Assembly: GCA_964016885.1 (NCBI GenBank)
Contig: OZ024742.1
Location: 98,890,001 to 98,954,000, forward strand
Origin: Eledone cirrhosa
Lineage: Eukaryota
Reading direction: 5' to 3'
DNA: 64,000 nt
Shown here piece by piece: positions 42,320 through 58,410 of the stretch. The first letter of the stretch is position 1. Every line of letters starts with the position of its first letter. The position numbers and the translations under genes were made by a program. The notes below the pieces were generated by a model, which had not been told where the DNA came from, searched no databases, and was given only the letters and a program-made list of their open reading frames with translations.

Positions 42320-42709
42320 ATAAAATATTAAACAAATAATGAATAAACAATTCCTTATATTAAACAAAAAAAGTTCATTATTTAACGATCGTTTCTAGGA
42401 TATATATGTGTTAGAATTGGTATGCATATTCAACAGATCTATGTACAAAATTATACAAAATTATACAAATTATCAAGATTAAATATACATACCAACACAT
42501 ATATACGCCGTCTTAAGACGGCGTATATATGTGTTGGTATGTATATTTAATCTTGATAATTTGTATAATTTTGTATAATTTTGTACATAGATCTGTTGAA
42601 TATGCATACCAATTCTAACACATATATATCCTAGAAACGATCGTTAAATAATGAACTTTTTTTGTTTAATATAAGGAATTGTTTATTCATTATTTGTTTA
42701 ATATTTTAT
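42320..42709. repeat. Spacer-less palindrome, 195-bp arms
   Basis: Centre gccgtctt|aagacggc at 42514/42515. The arms appear identical by eye and the right arm runs into (TA)n. Confidence 0.9.
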
Positions 42710-42838
42710 ATATATATATATATATATATAGCAAAGAGGGCATCGATACTTGTGGTTGTAGAGTGGGCAATCTGAAAATAATTAGTTCGGATCTAGGTGT
42801 CAAAACGGCAGATCCTCAGACGCCGGTGTTCTGAATCT

Positions 42839-42937
<99 letters not shown>

Positions 42938-42975
42938 GAAATATACACGGGTGTGTATGATTGCGTATAGAAGAT

Positions 42976-43378
42976 TATATTAATAAAAGGAATTCCAACT
43001 TTGTCTGATTTACTCCTTTTATTTGCAATCCTTTAAAATGTATAATGGTATTAGAATGAAATAGTATGGTAGAATATTAAATGTTCCGTCTTAATTGAAC
43101 AAGTACTTTCCTGCTTTCGCAATCTTCAGGTTCATATTCTGTGGTGACTGTCAAATTTGCAATTTTCAACTGTGAAATTTTAAACAGTTGAAAATTGCAA
43201 ACTTGAGTGTCACCACAGAATATGAACCTGAAGATTGCGTAAGCATGAAAGTACTTCTTCAATTAACACTTAACATTTAATATTCTACCATACTAGTTCA
43301 TTCTAATGCCCTTATACATTTTAAAGGATTGTAAATAAACGAGTAAATCAGACAGTTGGAATTCGTTTTATTAATATA
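42976..43378. mobile_element. Imperfect fold-back element with one HHR per arm
   Basis: Arms of ~195 bp around a gaaattttaa spacer near 43175, with HHRs at 43096-43134 (-) and 43223-43261 (+). Confidence 0.8.
43096..43134 (-). ncRNA. Minimal type I hammerhead ribozyme motif
   Basis: tgaac-CTGAAGA-ttgc(gaaa)gcag-GAAA-gtac-TT-gttca. GNRA loop II (GUAA in the other arm) and palindromic loop III. Confidence 0.75.
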
Positions 43379-43860
43379 TATATATAAATATATATATGGT
43401 GGCTGCCAACTCGTTTTCGAGTACGGCCACTACTTTATATCCATGAAGGAGAACTCCTACCGATGAGCTAAACGAGTGTGACTTAGTCCAGCCAGCGACT
43501 TGAAAACTCTGGTACAAACACTACACTCGGACAATTATTGACACCTAGTGCTGGGCCCATGGTACCATGTGACGACAAGTGCAGAGAGATCTCCAGATAT
43601 AAAGCCATGCCTGTGTCGTGAAGCTTTTATAGTGAGCAAAGGCACTGCACAAAGCCAGTCCCACTCTCTTAACCATATGTATGATATTTACCAAAAAGAA
43701 GAACAAGTCAACATCATTGGATACCATCAGGGTTGCAGGTGTTATATCAGAGTTTTCCTTCTCCTAGAATTCTGCCTTGACAAAGGCTAAGGGGTCATCT
43801 CTCCCGGTGATTTTGGATGGCCATTGACTCTTAAGAGCTCCTTTTCCCTTTGACAGGTTT

Positions 43861-43994
<134 letters not shown>

Positions 43995-44047
43995 CATATG
44001 TATATACATATATATATACATATATATATATACATATATATATATAC

Positions 44048-44078
<31 letters not shown>

Positions 44079-44103
44079 CATATATACATATATACATATA
44101 TAC

Positions 44104-44168
<65 letters not shown>

Positions 44169-44249
44169 CATATATATATACATATATATATATACATATA
44201 TATACATATATATATATGATAGATATGTTTACATTGGTGTCTCTGGAGA

Positions 44250-45370
44250 GTTACTACAATAGATGAAGTATTTCCTGACAGACAGAGCCCAACATATCGT
44301 AGTCGAAGGAATAAAATCAAACCCAGCCAAAGTCAGTAGTGGCTTTCCGCAAGGCACTGTGTAAGGCTCACTTCTTTTCGTCATCTATATTAATGTCATT
44401 ACTGACATCATCAAAAAAAGCAACATAAGAATTTTTGCAGGTGATTCCAAGCTCCAAAAGATCATCAATGAAGTGGGTGACCGGACTTGTTTTCAGTCAG
44501 ACCTACTGACTGTTATACAATGGGCGGAAAAGAAAAATATGCTGCTGAACGAGGATGAATTTGAGTTTATCCACTTTGGAAAAGACGATGACCTGAAGCT
44601 CCCATACTCCCTTCCTTCAGGTGAAACTCTCGTGGCATCCAACAACACAGAGACTTGTGAGTAATTGTGGACAATAACATTAGCTGGGCAATTCATATGA
44701 ATAGCAAAGTTGACATCACCCGCAGAATGTGTTCCTGGATTCTCAGAACTTTCCAGTCGAGAGATATCCACACCATTATCCGTCTCTTCTCCACTTCTGC
44801 TTGACCCCACCTTGAATATTGTTGTTGTGCACTGTGTTCTCCCCACACCAAACAAAGTATCATGAAAGTTGAATCACCTCAAAGGTCAATTACAAAAAAG
44901 ATAGATGGCATGACAGGCCTTGACTATTGGGGTCGACTAGAAAAACTCAAACTTTATTCTCTCCAACGTCGCCGTGAGCGCTTCATTATTTGCATGATGT
45001 GGAAAATATTGCATCAGCATTGCCCAAATGATGTTGGCATTATCTTTAAGTCTTCGGCACCGTGCTATCCGCAAACAGCAAAAATTACTCGCATCTCATA
45101 ACAAAAATACGGCACAATTATTTCAGCTCAGTTGGTCACGCTCTCTTTAACATTACAGAAAAACAGATTAAAACAGACCCCATAAAATTCAAGAAGACTT
45201 AGGACAAATTCCTTCAAGAAATCCTGGGTAAACCTCTCACACCCGGATATGTCTCCGTAAACATTAACTCTCTACTTGATTAGGCCATGGTATCCAGATC
45301 CTGATATGAAAAGCTTCGCCAGGTGGTGCTATAGTGGCCGAAGCCTATCTAAGTTATCAAAGGTATTATC
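44250..45370 (+). mobile_element. CR1-group LINE 3' fragment, decayed
   Basis: FLTDRAQ..V.G..S....[18 protein letters not shown]...IFAGDSKL, then VESPQR..TK.I.GM..LDYW.RL..LKLYSLQRRRER, and a 3' UTR. Confidence 0.8.
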
Positions 45371-45432
45371 AAGTTATGTGCTTCAAGAAATCTACACAAC
45401 CTTGTTATGTATATACCGTATATATATATATA

Positions 45433-46036
45433 TGATTTATTTACATTTGGTAGTTTTGGAAGCCTCAACAATGCAGATGGGTAATTCTTCGGGTAACAGG
45501 ACCCGGTGGTGAAGAGAGAGATGTAATGGAATGTAGAATGTGATGTATAGTGTGTAGAGGAACGTAGGAAAGAGCGTAAAAAATAAATATAATAACACGA
45601 GATAGAGTTACCTTGGGAGAGATTTAATTGTCCCTATATTTCGGATTCGCATCCATCATCTGTGGGCGTTTTCTGGGGATGGGTTTATCTGTCGGAGAGG
45701 AACGGTACGTGTCCTCTGCTGTTCGCTAGTTAGTCACAAACAGCGAACAGCAGAGGACACGTACCGTTCCTCTCCGACAGATACCCTCCCCCTCGGAAAA
45801 TCCCCTAGTTGATGAATGCGAATCCAAAATATAGGGACAATTAAATCCCTCCCAAGGTAACTCTATCTCGTGTTATTATTTTTATTTTTTACGCTCTTTC
45901 CTACGTTCCTCTACAGACTATACATCTCATTCTACATTCCCTTACATCTCTCTCTTCACCACCGGATCCTGTTACCCGGAGAATTACCCATCTGCATTGT
46001 TGAGGCTTCCAAAACTACCAAAAGAAAATAAATCTT
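45433..46036. repeat. Long imperfect inverted repeat (~290-bp arms, ~14-nt spacer)
   Basis: tttggtagttttggaagcctcaacaatgcagatggg... versus ...cccatctgcattgttgaggcttccaaaactaccaaa. Centre 45728-45741, with a degenerate HHR-like motif at 45632-45666 (-). Confidence 0.9.
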
Positions 46037-46576
46037 ATTATTCCACAATGCTTCAAGCAAACTTCAATACCCTGATATATATACTATGTAAGAATAATAA
46101 AATTAGGCACACACACACACGCTTACATGCACATAAACACAGACATTACACACTCAATACCAGCACATATGCTCTCCAATAAAGGAATATTTATATAAAT
46201 GAAAGCATGGAAGCAAAACAAATGTAACAATAAATTCAAGGGAAAATTTCTTCCATCTTTCTCTCTGGTGGCATAATGATAATAGATTCTGATTTATACG
46301 CATAGCGAGCAATTTGGGAGCTAGTGGAATGTCGATTAAAGCGACTCCAGTACGTTAGGGGTACATTATTTTATCGACGCCATAATGATGAAATACAAAT
46401 TTAACCTCGACGAGATTTGAACTCAGAGCGTAAATATATGCCGCATAGCAAATAACATAATATTTTCTGATTTAATCACAAGGCCAACAATTTTGGATGA
46501 GGAGAATGTCGATTGAATTGACCACAGTGCATCACATGTTCTTACATCTGTACTATCTACCTATCTAGGCAAACTC

Positions 46577-47925
46577 TCTACTATCTACCTATGAGGCATC
46601 ATTTAGTGGCCAAAACACTGTACAATACAATCCATAGAAAAGAAAGTCCCGACAATAAACACGCTTAAAGTTACAGTAATGAGGCTGATATATATTAACA
46701 TAATATAAAAGAGTACTGGTGGAACGTTCCAGTCAAAACCCAAATAAAATGCAAGCATAACAAACCAGATATAATTATATGGCACAGGGAAAAGAAGGCA
46801 TGTAGAGTAGTGGAAGTTAGCTGTCCAGCAGATGCAAATATATTATCAAAGATTAGCGAAAAGGAGAATATCTATGCAGAACTAATGAGAAATCTGCAGA
46901 TACTGACTATATCTTCAGATTTATACCTTGGATATACTAATAACTGACTTAGTACAAATCCTGAAAAGCTGGGCTTCACAGAAACAGAAAGAACATGACT
47001 AATTAGGAAATTACAAGTAAAATCCATTAACAGAACAGTAAAAATATGTAAACCATTACAAATATTGTGCATCTAACCACTGCATGTATATATGTACAGA
47101 TACAAAGCATATGCACCTACACACTTATAACTCAAAACAATAACACAGTGGCTTACAATGTGTTTGCTATGCCTGTCCAACGTTTGGAATACTCCATTGG
47201 ACAATTGGCGAAATCCGAGCAATTGATGTTAGGAGTCGAAAAATACTAAACAACACCGGAAGCATCCACATCAACAGTGACATACACTGCCTCTACTTGA
47301 AACATATAGCAGGGAGGCAGATGCCTAACATCAGTCCAGACAGCATTTGAATGTCGCATCGTTCCACTCCGACAACATTTACGAACCTCGGAAAGTACGA
47401 GCCCATCTATCGAGCAAGTCTATCTGCATGAGACAGATAAGACCATGAGAGTTGGGAAGAAACTCCTTGAAGGATATTCCCTGCATGATAATCAAAAACT
47501 CACACTCAGTGATGAAAAGCTGCATGCTTATCAGCAAAAATCAGTACAAATATAGAGAAGCTGGAATCACAGAAACAGACGGAACATGACTAGTTAGTAA
47601 ATTAGAAGTACAATCCATTAATGGAACAGTAAAAATATGTAAAACATTCCAAAAATTCTGCATCTAATAACTGCATATACACATGTACAGATACAAAGCA
47701 TATACACATGCACAACTACAACTCAAAACATCCACATCCACACATACAATAACATCCATACCTGCATACGCATGCATGCATGCAGACATGCATACATATC
47801 TACCTAGTTGATGTTGTGTAAATTCCAATGAGAGAGTATTGTATCTATGTTAGAAACCGACTCTCTCTCTATTGGCAAACAATTGTGAAATTATAAAACC
47901 AGAAGAACATACATACATACATACA
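46577..47925 (+). mobile_element. Rearranged second copy of the R4/Dong-like family
   Basis: Segments match ~1178-1755, then ~476-915, then ~1590-1935 of the first copy. Confidence 0.85.
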
Positions 47926-48348
47926 AAACATACCTCCATACATAGATACATGGTGGCTGCCAACTTGTTTTCTAGTATGGCCACTACTTTATATCCATGT
48001 AGGAGAACCGCTACCGATGCGCAGAACGAGTGTGACTTTTTAGTCCAGCCAGCGACTTGAAAACTCTGGTAAAAACACTACACTTAGATACATATATACA
48101 TACAAGCGAAATGTGAACGGATAGATTGCACAGCCAAACCTTAATACAGTACAATAAATAAAGATATATATTAATTAGTTGAACGCTCCATATAGTAAGA
48201 AAAATGTATTATGGTTTCTCATACTTGTCGTTCATCAGTAGGTAGAATGACTAATAAAAGAAGAAATAAAAAAATAGAGCAGAGTGTGAAATATTCTTTG
48301 GAGAAATAGCATGTGTGCATTCAGTTAACAATACATATATATGAATAC

Positions 48349-48393
<45 letters not shown>

Positions 48394-48541
48394 TATATAC
48401 ATATAATAATACGTACATATATTTATGACTATACGAATACGTATATGCGTATAAGTTTTTTACATAAACATATATACATACATATATATTTATATGAATA
48501 CACATATATTTATATCAGTGTGGGCATGGGGTGTATGTGTG

Positions 48542-48580
<39 letters not shown>

Positions 48581-48713
48581 ATGCGTCTCCAATTATTCTG
48601 AGATATATAACGGTCATTTTATTAAGTAGAATTTAGAATAACTTCGATATAAGAGGAAGTCTTTGGAAAAATAAAGACAAAAGTTACAAACATACAGTGA
48701 GAGAGAGAAAGAG

Positions 48714-48801
<88 letters not shown>

Positions 48802-49641
48802 TAACAGATAAACTCACAAAAACTAGAAGTACATAGAAAAAATTGCAGGACAGCAATAACGATATTTCTTACAGGCAAAATGGAGGTTATGAGCAATTGA
48901 TGTTCATATATTAATGATATGTTGCATGGAAATATATAATTAAGTCAGATCTGAGAGCGTCAATTAGTCTGATACTCGCCTTATTGCATTAATAGGGTCT
49001 GAAAACATACCTGCTGTTAACTAAACTTTGTAATAGGAGGGTAGAAGACAAATAAGCAGTTCGGTCGGTTCCAGAATATGTCGACATAAATTTTCAGCCA
49101 AATAAACGTTGAATATAAAGTAAAGAAAAAGTAATAACGTAATTATTTTATTTGCATACAAAGTATATAAGGAATATAAGAAATAACATAAATATAGTTA
49201 CCATAGGATGCACATACAAAACCGAGGTATATGTATGTGTGTGTATATATATATGCCGAACCCCACGTCATTCCTTGTATTAGCATTTGAACTAAAACCT
49301 GTTGAAAAAGTGGCTTCCTTGTTCAATCATCTTACCAGAAGCCTAACATTATTTATGTAAGCGGACAGTACTTGATCTAGGAGTCGCAGAAACCCAAATG
49401 CTCGATTTTACCAACCATCCAGGGGTCCGGGTAAATTTTAATCACATATATTTTTATTTGTTTGACCCGAATTACTTGGTCGTTTCTTTGGATGTGCGGA
49501 TGATTGTTTAACCATCGTCTCAGTGTGTTTGGCCTTTAACGTGTGTTGTAGCTCTGGTTCATCTGAATCATTGAGCGCTTGCCACACATCTCGGAAGTTG
49601 TTTTTCGTTAATTCCTAAGCCGAAATACGATTCTCGCTAAT

Positions 49642-50790
<1,149 letters not shown>

Positions 50791-51678
50791 TGGTAAACGG
50801 AATAGAAAATGCTGACAAATTGTTCACAGTGAAAAACAGTTTAATTAGGAATAAGTGAGAATTAGTAATAATATTGGTTAGTATTGAGTTTCGGTTTTTA
50901 GTTTTACCGGTTGCGCATTTCTAATGCTTTTCAAAAATAATTTTGAGATAGAGCGTCCGTGATGTTTGCTCTGATCTGATTAGTTTTGGGAATTCTACCT
51001 GTTTATGTTAAAAAAGTGGCTCCAGCGGTATTAAAATAAGTTTTGCGCCAATTCGTGTTGCAAAAATTCTTGTGGTCAAAACAATTTTGATTGGTCGGTA
51101 GAGGTCATGTGAATGTAAACAATTGAATTTACGCCAAATGTAGGTTTGTGTCGGCTGACTGAGAAATAAGTCTTTCACAACCAATATGTGTGTGTGTGTA
51201 GTAGTAGTAAAGAGCTTCGTTGACGTGATAATGGTCAGCAGGGATGTGTGGGCGAACCGCAGCCTGTTGACAGTTCAAATGCCTATTAAGACAAGTGTGT
51301 GGGTGTGTGTGTGTGTGTGTGTGTGTGTGTAGCAGAGTAATTCGTGGTAGAGGGATGGTCAGTAGGAATGTGTCTGTAAGTGTGTGGGGGATATTTTAAC
51401 ATGTTAAAAGATATTTTTCAACTCTTGTCTTATACGGAGAAGTGTGTGTGTGTGTGTATGTCTCTTTGTATGTTAATGTACGCGTGTGTATGTGTGCGTG
51501 TGTGTGTTAGAGAATTTGTCTGTGTGTGTGGGGGTGGACCAGTATTTTTTTCTGGTAAAATGGTGTACATTATTGGATATTTTCAGTAAAATCGATTCTC
51601 TCAATAGAGCATCAAAAACCTTAATAATAAAAGGTGTGAAATGATATATATATTGGCATTATACCAAGGTGTGTGTGA

Positions 51679-51902
51679 GTGTGTCCAGATTGTACGTACT
51701 GCAAGGGGGATCCATTAGGACTTGCCGTATTGGAATACCTGTGCACAAATATGTATCTGGAGTGTGTACAGAAATTGTATACCTGTGCACAAATTGTATA
51801 CCTGTGCACAAATATGTATCTGGAGTGTGTCCAGATTGTACGTACTGCAAGGGGAATTCATTAGGCCTTGCCGTATTGGAATACCTGTGCACAAATATGT
51901 AT
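51679..51902. repeat. Local direct duplication (~78 bp, period ~146 bp) downstream of the PLE ORF
   Basis: gtgtgtccagattgtacgtactgcaagggg...ttgccgtattggaatacctgtgcacaaatatgtat occurs twice. Confidence 0.85.
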
Positions 51903-52114
51903 GTGCCCATCAGTGTGCAATGCATGTGTGCGTTTATGTATGTGTGTGTGTCGGCACCTTTATATCTATAGACATCAAAAGGTATGCAAATTTGTGTATA
52001 TTTGTGTTGCACCATAGAACATGTGTGTTTACGTATGTCATTGTGTTTATATGTGGGTAGAGATGTATGCTGATGTAGGTATGTATGTTGACGTGTGTAT
52101 GTTGTGGGTTCGTA

Positions 52115-54069
<1,955 letters not shown>

Positions 54070-54127
54070 TTGTTTCGACACACACACGATTTCATATCAA
54101 AAACCTCGCAAAGCTAATTGATCGCCG

Positions 54128-54179
<52 letters not shown>

Positions 54180-54299
54180 AATATAAAATGAAAGTGCTTT
54201 TTTTTAAAAAGGAATTTATTAGGTATTGACATATGACAATATATTATCACTACATTATTGATAACCTGACTTTTTATATATATATATATATATATATAA

Positions 54300-54491
54300 A
54301 ACGAAGGAAATGTGGTAAAGAACTAGATGGACCATAATGCACCAAACTACTCTACTTAGGGTAGTAGAGTGGGTAATAGGAACAAGTATGACTCCGGCGG
54401 CAGAGCTCAAGCCGTTTCGACGGCTATTTCAGTCCAGAAATAGCCGTCGAAACGGCTTGAGCTCTGCCATCGTGGTCATACTTGTTCCTAT
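54300..54491. mobile_element. PLE-like terminal fragment ending in a hairpin with ~55-bp arms
   Basis: ataggaacaagtatgac...gacggctatttc(agtcca)gaaatagccgtc...gtcatacttgttcctat. Same family as 2863 and 54771. Confidence 0.8.
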
Positions 54492-54714
54492 ATATATATA
54501 TAATCAAGGTTTAGCAAATAGAGAACAAGTTTTAAAATTAATTTTTAATAGCTCGCTGTACTTACTATATGTACCCTTCCTTACCGCGCGGTTTCAAATC
54601 ACCAAATAAATGGATAATCCCGGTGGACCACCATTGAGAACGGGATTCTCGTTAGCAGGTTCTTCTCGCTCGGAGAATATATATATATATGTGTGTGTGT
54701 GTATATCCATCTAT

Positions 54715-54772
<58 letters not shown>

Positions 54773-54863
54773 CGAAGGAAATGTGGTAAGGAACCAAGTG
54801 GACCATAACGCACCAAAGTACTCAATACTTAGGGTAGTAGAGTGGGTAACAGGAACAAATAAG

Positions 54864-54957
54864 ACCCCGACGGCTGAGCTCAAGCCGTTTCGACGGCTAA
54901 TTCTGGACTGAATGAAAATTTATTCTGGTATTTAAATAGCCGAGCTTGTCAAGGGGT
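54864..54957 (-). ncRNA. Type I hammerhead ribozyme motif, U3-A8 core variant
   Basis: acccc-TTGACAA-g..cggcta...tagccg.c-GAAAC-ggct(tgagctc)agcc-GTC-ggggt. Confidence 0.7.
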
Positions 54958-55343
54958 AATTCCATATATGGTCAAAGAGATAAACACCAGGATTGGTCAC
55001 ATCACAAGTTAGTAGTAAATCTGTGATGGCAAAATGGTGGGGAAAGGGGTAGCTGAACCTGCCAGTAGGAGAAAAGGGAGAGGGGGTGGAGTAGACCCAT
55101 TCAAGCGTTGGTAGTGCCGGCTACAGCTGGGTGTGAGGTCAAAGAGGATACTGGGGAGGGGGAGGGGGAGGAAGTCGAAGCGGTAAGTAAGAACAATGAA
55201 GTGTAAAACTATGAAATGTACTGAGAGAGAGAAAAGAAAAAATAAGCAAGGTTTGGTTACTAGTCTCTCGCTATTGCTAGGCTAAAGAAATACATAAATA
55301 AATAAATAAACAAATAAGTGAATAAAAGAATAGATAAATAAAT

Positions 55344-55380
<37 letters not shown>

Positions 55381-55643
55381 GAACAATGAAAAATGAATAA
55401 AAATAAACTAGGTGGGACGGAAATAAAGGGACCCTTATACGAGGTATAAGTGCGTGTGTCGTACGGTGACGGGTCAACAAGGGGGGGGGGGGGGGGTACT
55501 AAAGAGACTACCAGCTGAGGGTCCGCATGAGGTGAAAGAATTGGTCTCGGTATGGTGAACTAACTGTCGTGTTGCTACTTCTACCAAACTCGTCCCATGG
55601 ACTGAGTGCGCTACCACTACGGATATTACCTTCCATCTCTCTC

Positions 55644-55709
<66 letters not shown>

Positions 55710-56066
55710 TACGTTATTCCGGGTTGAATCGGAGGTAACCACAGTAAGTAAGGTACTTAATACATTGCAGAGTATAAAAGTTGTAATATAGATGAGATTC
55801 TACAAACTGATGTGATAAAAGATATACTTATCTTAGCTTAAGAGAAACTTAATAATAAGGAGTGGCACCCCATCCTGAACCTGTTTATAGAATTCTTTCT
55901 GCCTTTGTTACTCTAAAAATAAAAATAAAAATAAACTATAGCTTTGTAGAATTAGCTTTTAATGAATTCCCTTTTCTATCAACCAATGACCTACACCCAC
56001 CCCACTCCCTACCCTCTCCTACCACTTGAAGAGACCTATAAATACCATACTTATTTTTTGATACCC

Positions 56067-56117
56067 AGGTTCCTGATGATTTCTAAAGAATGAAACAGTT
56101 CTAGTCCTGTAGAATCT
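56067..56117 (+). ncRNA. Minimal type I HHR-like motif inside a PLE-like element (~55708-56230)
   Basis: aggttc-CTGATGA-tttc(taaa)gaat-GAAACAG(ttctagtc)CTGTA-gaatct. 55715-55805 matches 23870-23958. Confidence 0.6.
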
Positions 56118-56132
56118 CATCTATATTAAAAC

Positions 56133-56190
<58 letters not shown>

Positions 56191-56394
56191 TATATGACAA
56201 ATGTATATCTTTTATCACATCAGTTTGAGGGGCATATCGATATTAGAGATGGTCCATAATTCCTATGGTTCACTTGAGCCAATCCTCTGCGAAACGCGCG
56301 TAACAGGTTGATATGAAATACATATTTTTCATATGTAAATGAAACAATTTTTTTTTATATATACATATATATATATGTGTGTGCGTGTGTGAGA

Positions 56395-56478
<84 letters not shown>

Positions 56479-56479
56479 T

Positions 56480-56815
56480 GAAGGCGCGTTGCTTTGTGGT
56501 TTGGGTGTTCGACTAGCAATCGTCAGGTCGTGTGTTTAATTCCCGGCGGCGCGTTATGTTCTTGAGCAAGATACTATGTCTCACATTTCTCCATACCACT
56601 CAGCTGGCAAAAAATATTTGTACCTGTAATTCGAAGGGTCAGCCCTGTCACATTCTGTATCACTTTAAATCACCCTGAGATTTACGTTAAGCGAACGCGT
56701 GTCAGTGGAATACTCAGTCACTTGCACGTTAATTTCACGAGCAGCTTGTTCCACAGATCGGACCAACTGGGACATTGTCGTGGGAACCGAGCAAAGAATA
56801 TATTTCTTGTTGCAT
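56480..56815 (+). mobile_element. tRNA-derived SINE (Octopus OR-like)
   Basis: tRNA-like head gaaggcgcgt.gctt.gtggtt.gggtgttc...gttt.attccc, followed by a CORE-like ttgagcaag..act..tcac segment. Confidence 0.7.
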
Positions 56816-57468
56816 CTATCAATTCAACTCGAAAAAGAGCTACTACGACACTGGTCCCAAATTATATCGGCCTTTGTGTTTTCCCTTGACAATATCAGTG
56901 GTGTGGAGAGGAGAGATTGGAACAAGAGTGGCTGTTGGTCTTCCTCAAACAAATAAAGGTCATTCGTTGGTTGCGTTGGAATGTTGGGTAAGTGTCATTC
57001 TCATCTACTCAGGTCGAACGAAGTGAGTGAAATTTTGACGTTGAAGTTCAAGATTGTAGAATCAAGTCGAATCTGTTGTGCCTGTAATTCAAATGCCCAG
57101 CTTTGTTATATATTGCATCATGCTCGATCATGTGTCTGTTTAATTCTCAACCACATTTTAGTAATTTTAGGAGTCAGATGTTCAGCTAATTGAAAAATTA
57201 AATGATCATCGTCGAATGAGTAACAATACAAAGAGGAAAACATGATTGTGCTAATTATGTTAGTTATTATAATGTATTTCAGTGACCTAAAGACATATTT
57301 AAAGGAAATTGGGCGTGGTGAATTGAACTGACATTAGTATAGTAAAGTACATCTCACCGATAAAGAAGAGTGTTATGTGGTGGTGATTGTGGTGGTGCTG
57401 CAGGTAGCAGCAGCAGTAGTAACAGCAGTAGTAGCAGTAGCAGCAATAGCAGCTGCAGCATTAGTTGT

Positions 57469-57506
<38 letters not shown>

Positions 57507-57819
57507 TAGTAGTAGTTGTAGTAGAAGAACTACAACAACAAGAGCATCATAAACAACAATAAATACACTCCCAAGTCAACGTCAGCCATTAATATAGTTT
57601 AACTTTCATTTGATTTATTCATTAACATTTTATTTTTAATTCATAATTACAGGCTTCACAGAAGAAATTGTAATATATTAAAGGATAATATTGACGGTAA
57701 GGATACTGTTCTTTATGTTAGTAGTATATCTGATAGTGTTGGTGATTGTTGTGGTGGTGATGGTGTTGATGGTGTTGGTGGTGGTGGTTTTATTGATTCC
57801 GATGTTGGTGATATTATTA

Positions 57820-58410
57820 TCGGTGGATTGGCAGTATCGGTAGGGAGTCGGACGCCAGGCTTTGACGCATAGGGTTACAACCCTTGCCATTCTGAGTTCA
57901 AATCCTGCCGAGGTTACTTTGCCTTTCATCTTTATCGGGTCAATAAAATAAAGTACCAGTAATCCACTGTGTAATTGCTGGCCTTGTGCCAAAAGTGGAA
58001 ACAATTATTATGGTAAGTTGGCAGTATCGGTAGAAGGTCGGTCGCCATTTTTGCAGCAAAAGTTACGGCCCTTTATGGTTTGAGTTCAAATCCCGCCGAG
58101 GTTAACTTTGCCTTTCATCCTTATCGGGATCGGGTCGATAAAATAAAGTACCAGTAATGCACTGGAATAATCGGTCGCCTTGTGCCAAAAGTAGAAACAA
58201 TTATTATTGTAGGTGGATTGGTAATATCGGTAGAGCGTCAGACACCATGCATTGCGATATTTAGTTTTGGCTTTTTGTTACGTTCTGAGATTAGCTTTGT
58301 CTTTCATCCTTCCGGCATCGATGAAATACAGTACCTGTAACGCACTGGGATTTAATTGATTTTATTTTCTTCATGATGTGTTGGCCTTGAGCCTAAATAA
58401 GAAACCCTTA
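57820..58410 (+). mobile_element. Three head-to-tail OK-like SINE copies
   Basis: ttggcagtatcggtag...gcctttcatc...aaagtaccagtaa...gccttgtgccaaaagt.gaaacaattatta starting near 57828, 58018 and 58218. Confidence 0.75.

Noticed and set aside
56265-56310. GAAACGCGCGTA, an HHR 3'-half signature
   Set aside because: No recognisable CUGANGA or stem I upstream. At best a decayed remnant.
56480-56560. tRNA-like sequences here and at 63190-63265
   Set aside because: These are SINE heads followed by SINE body sequence, not tRNA genes.
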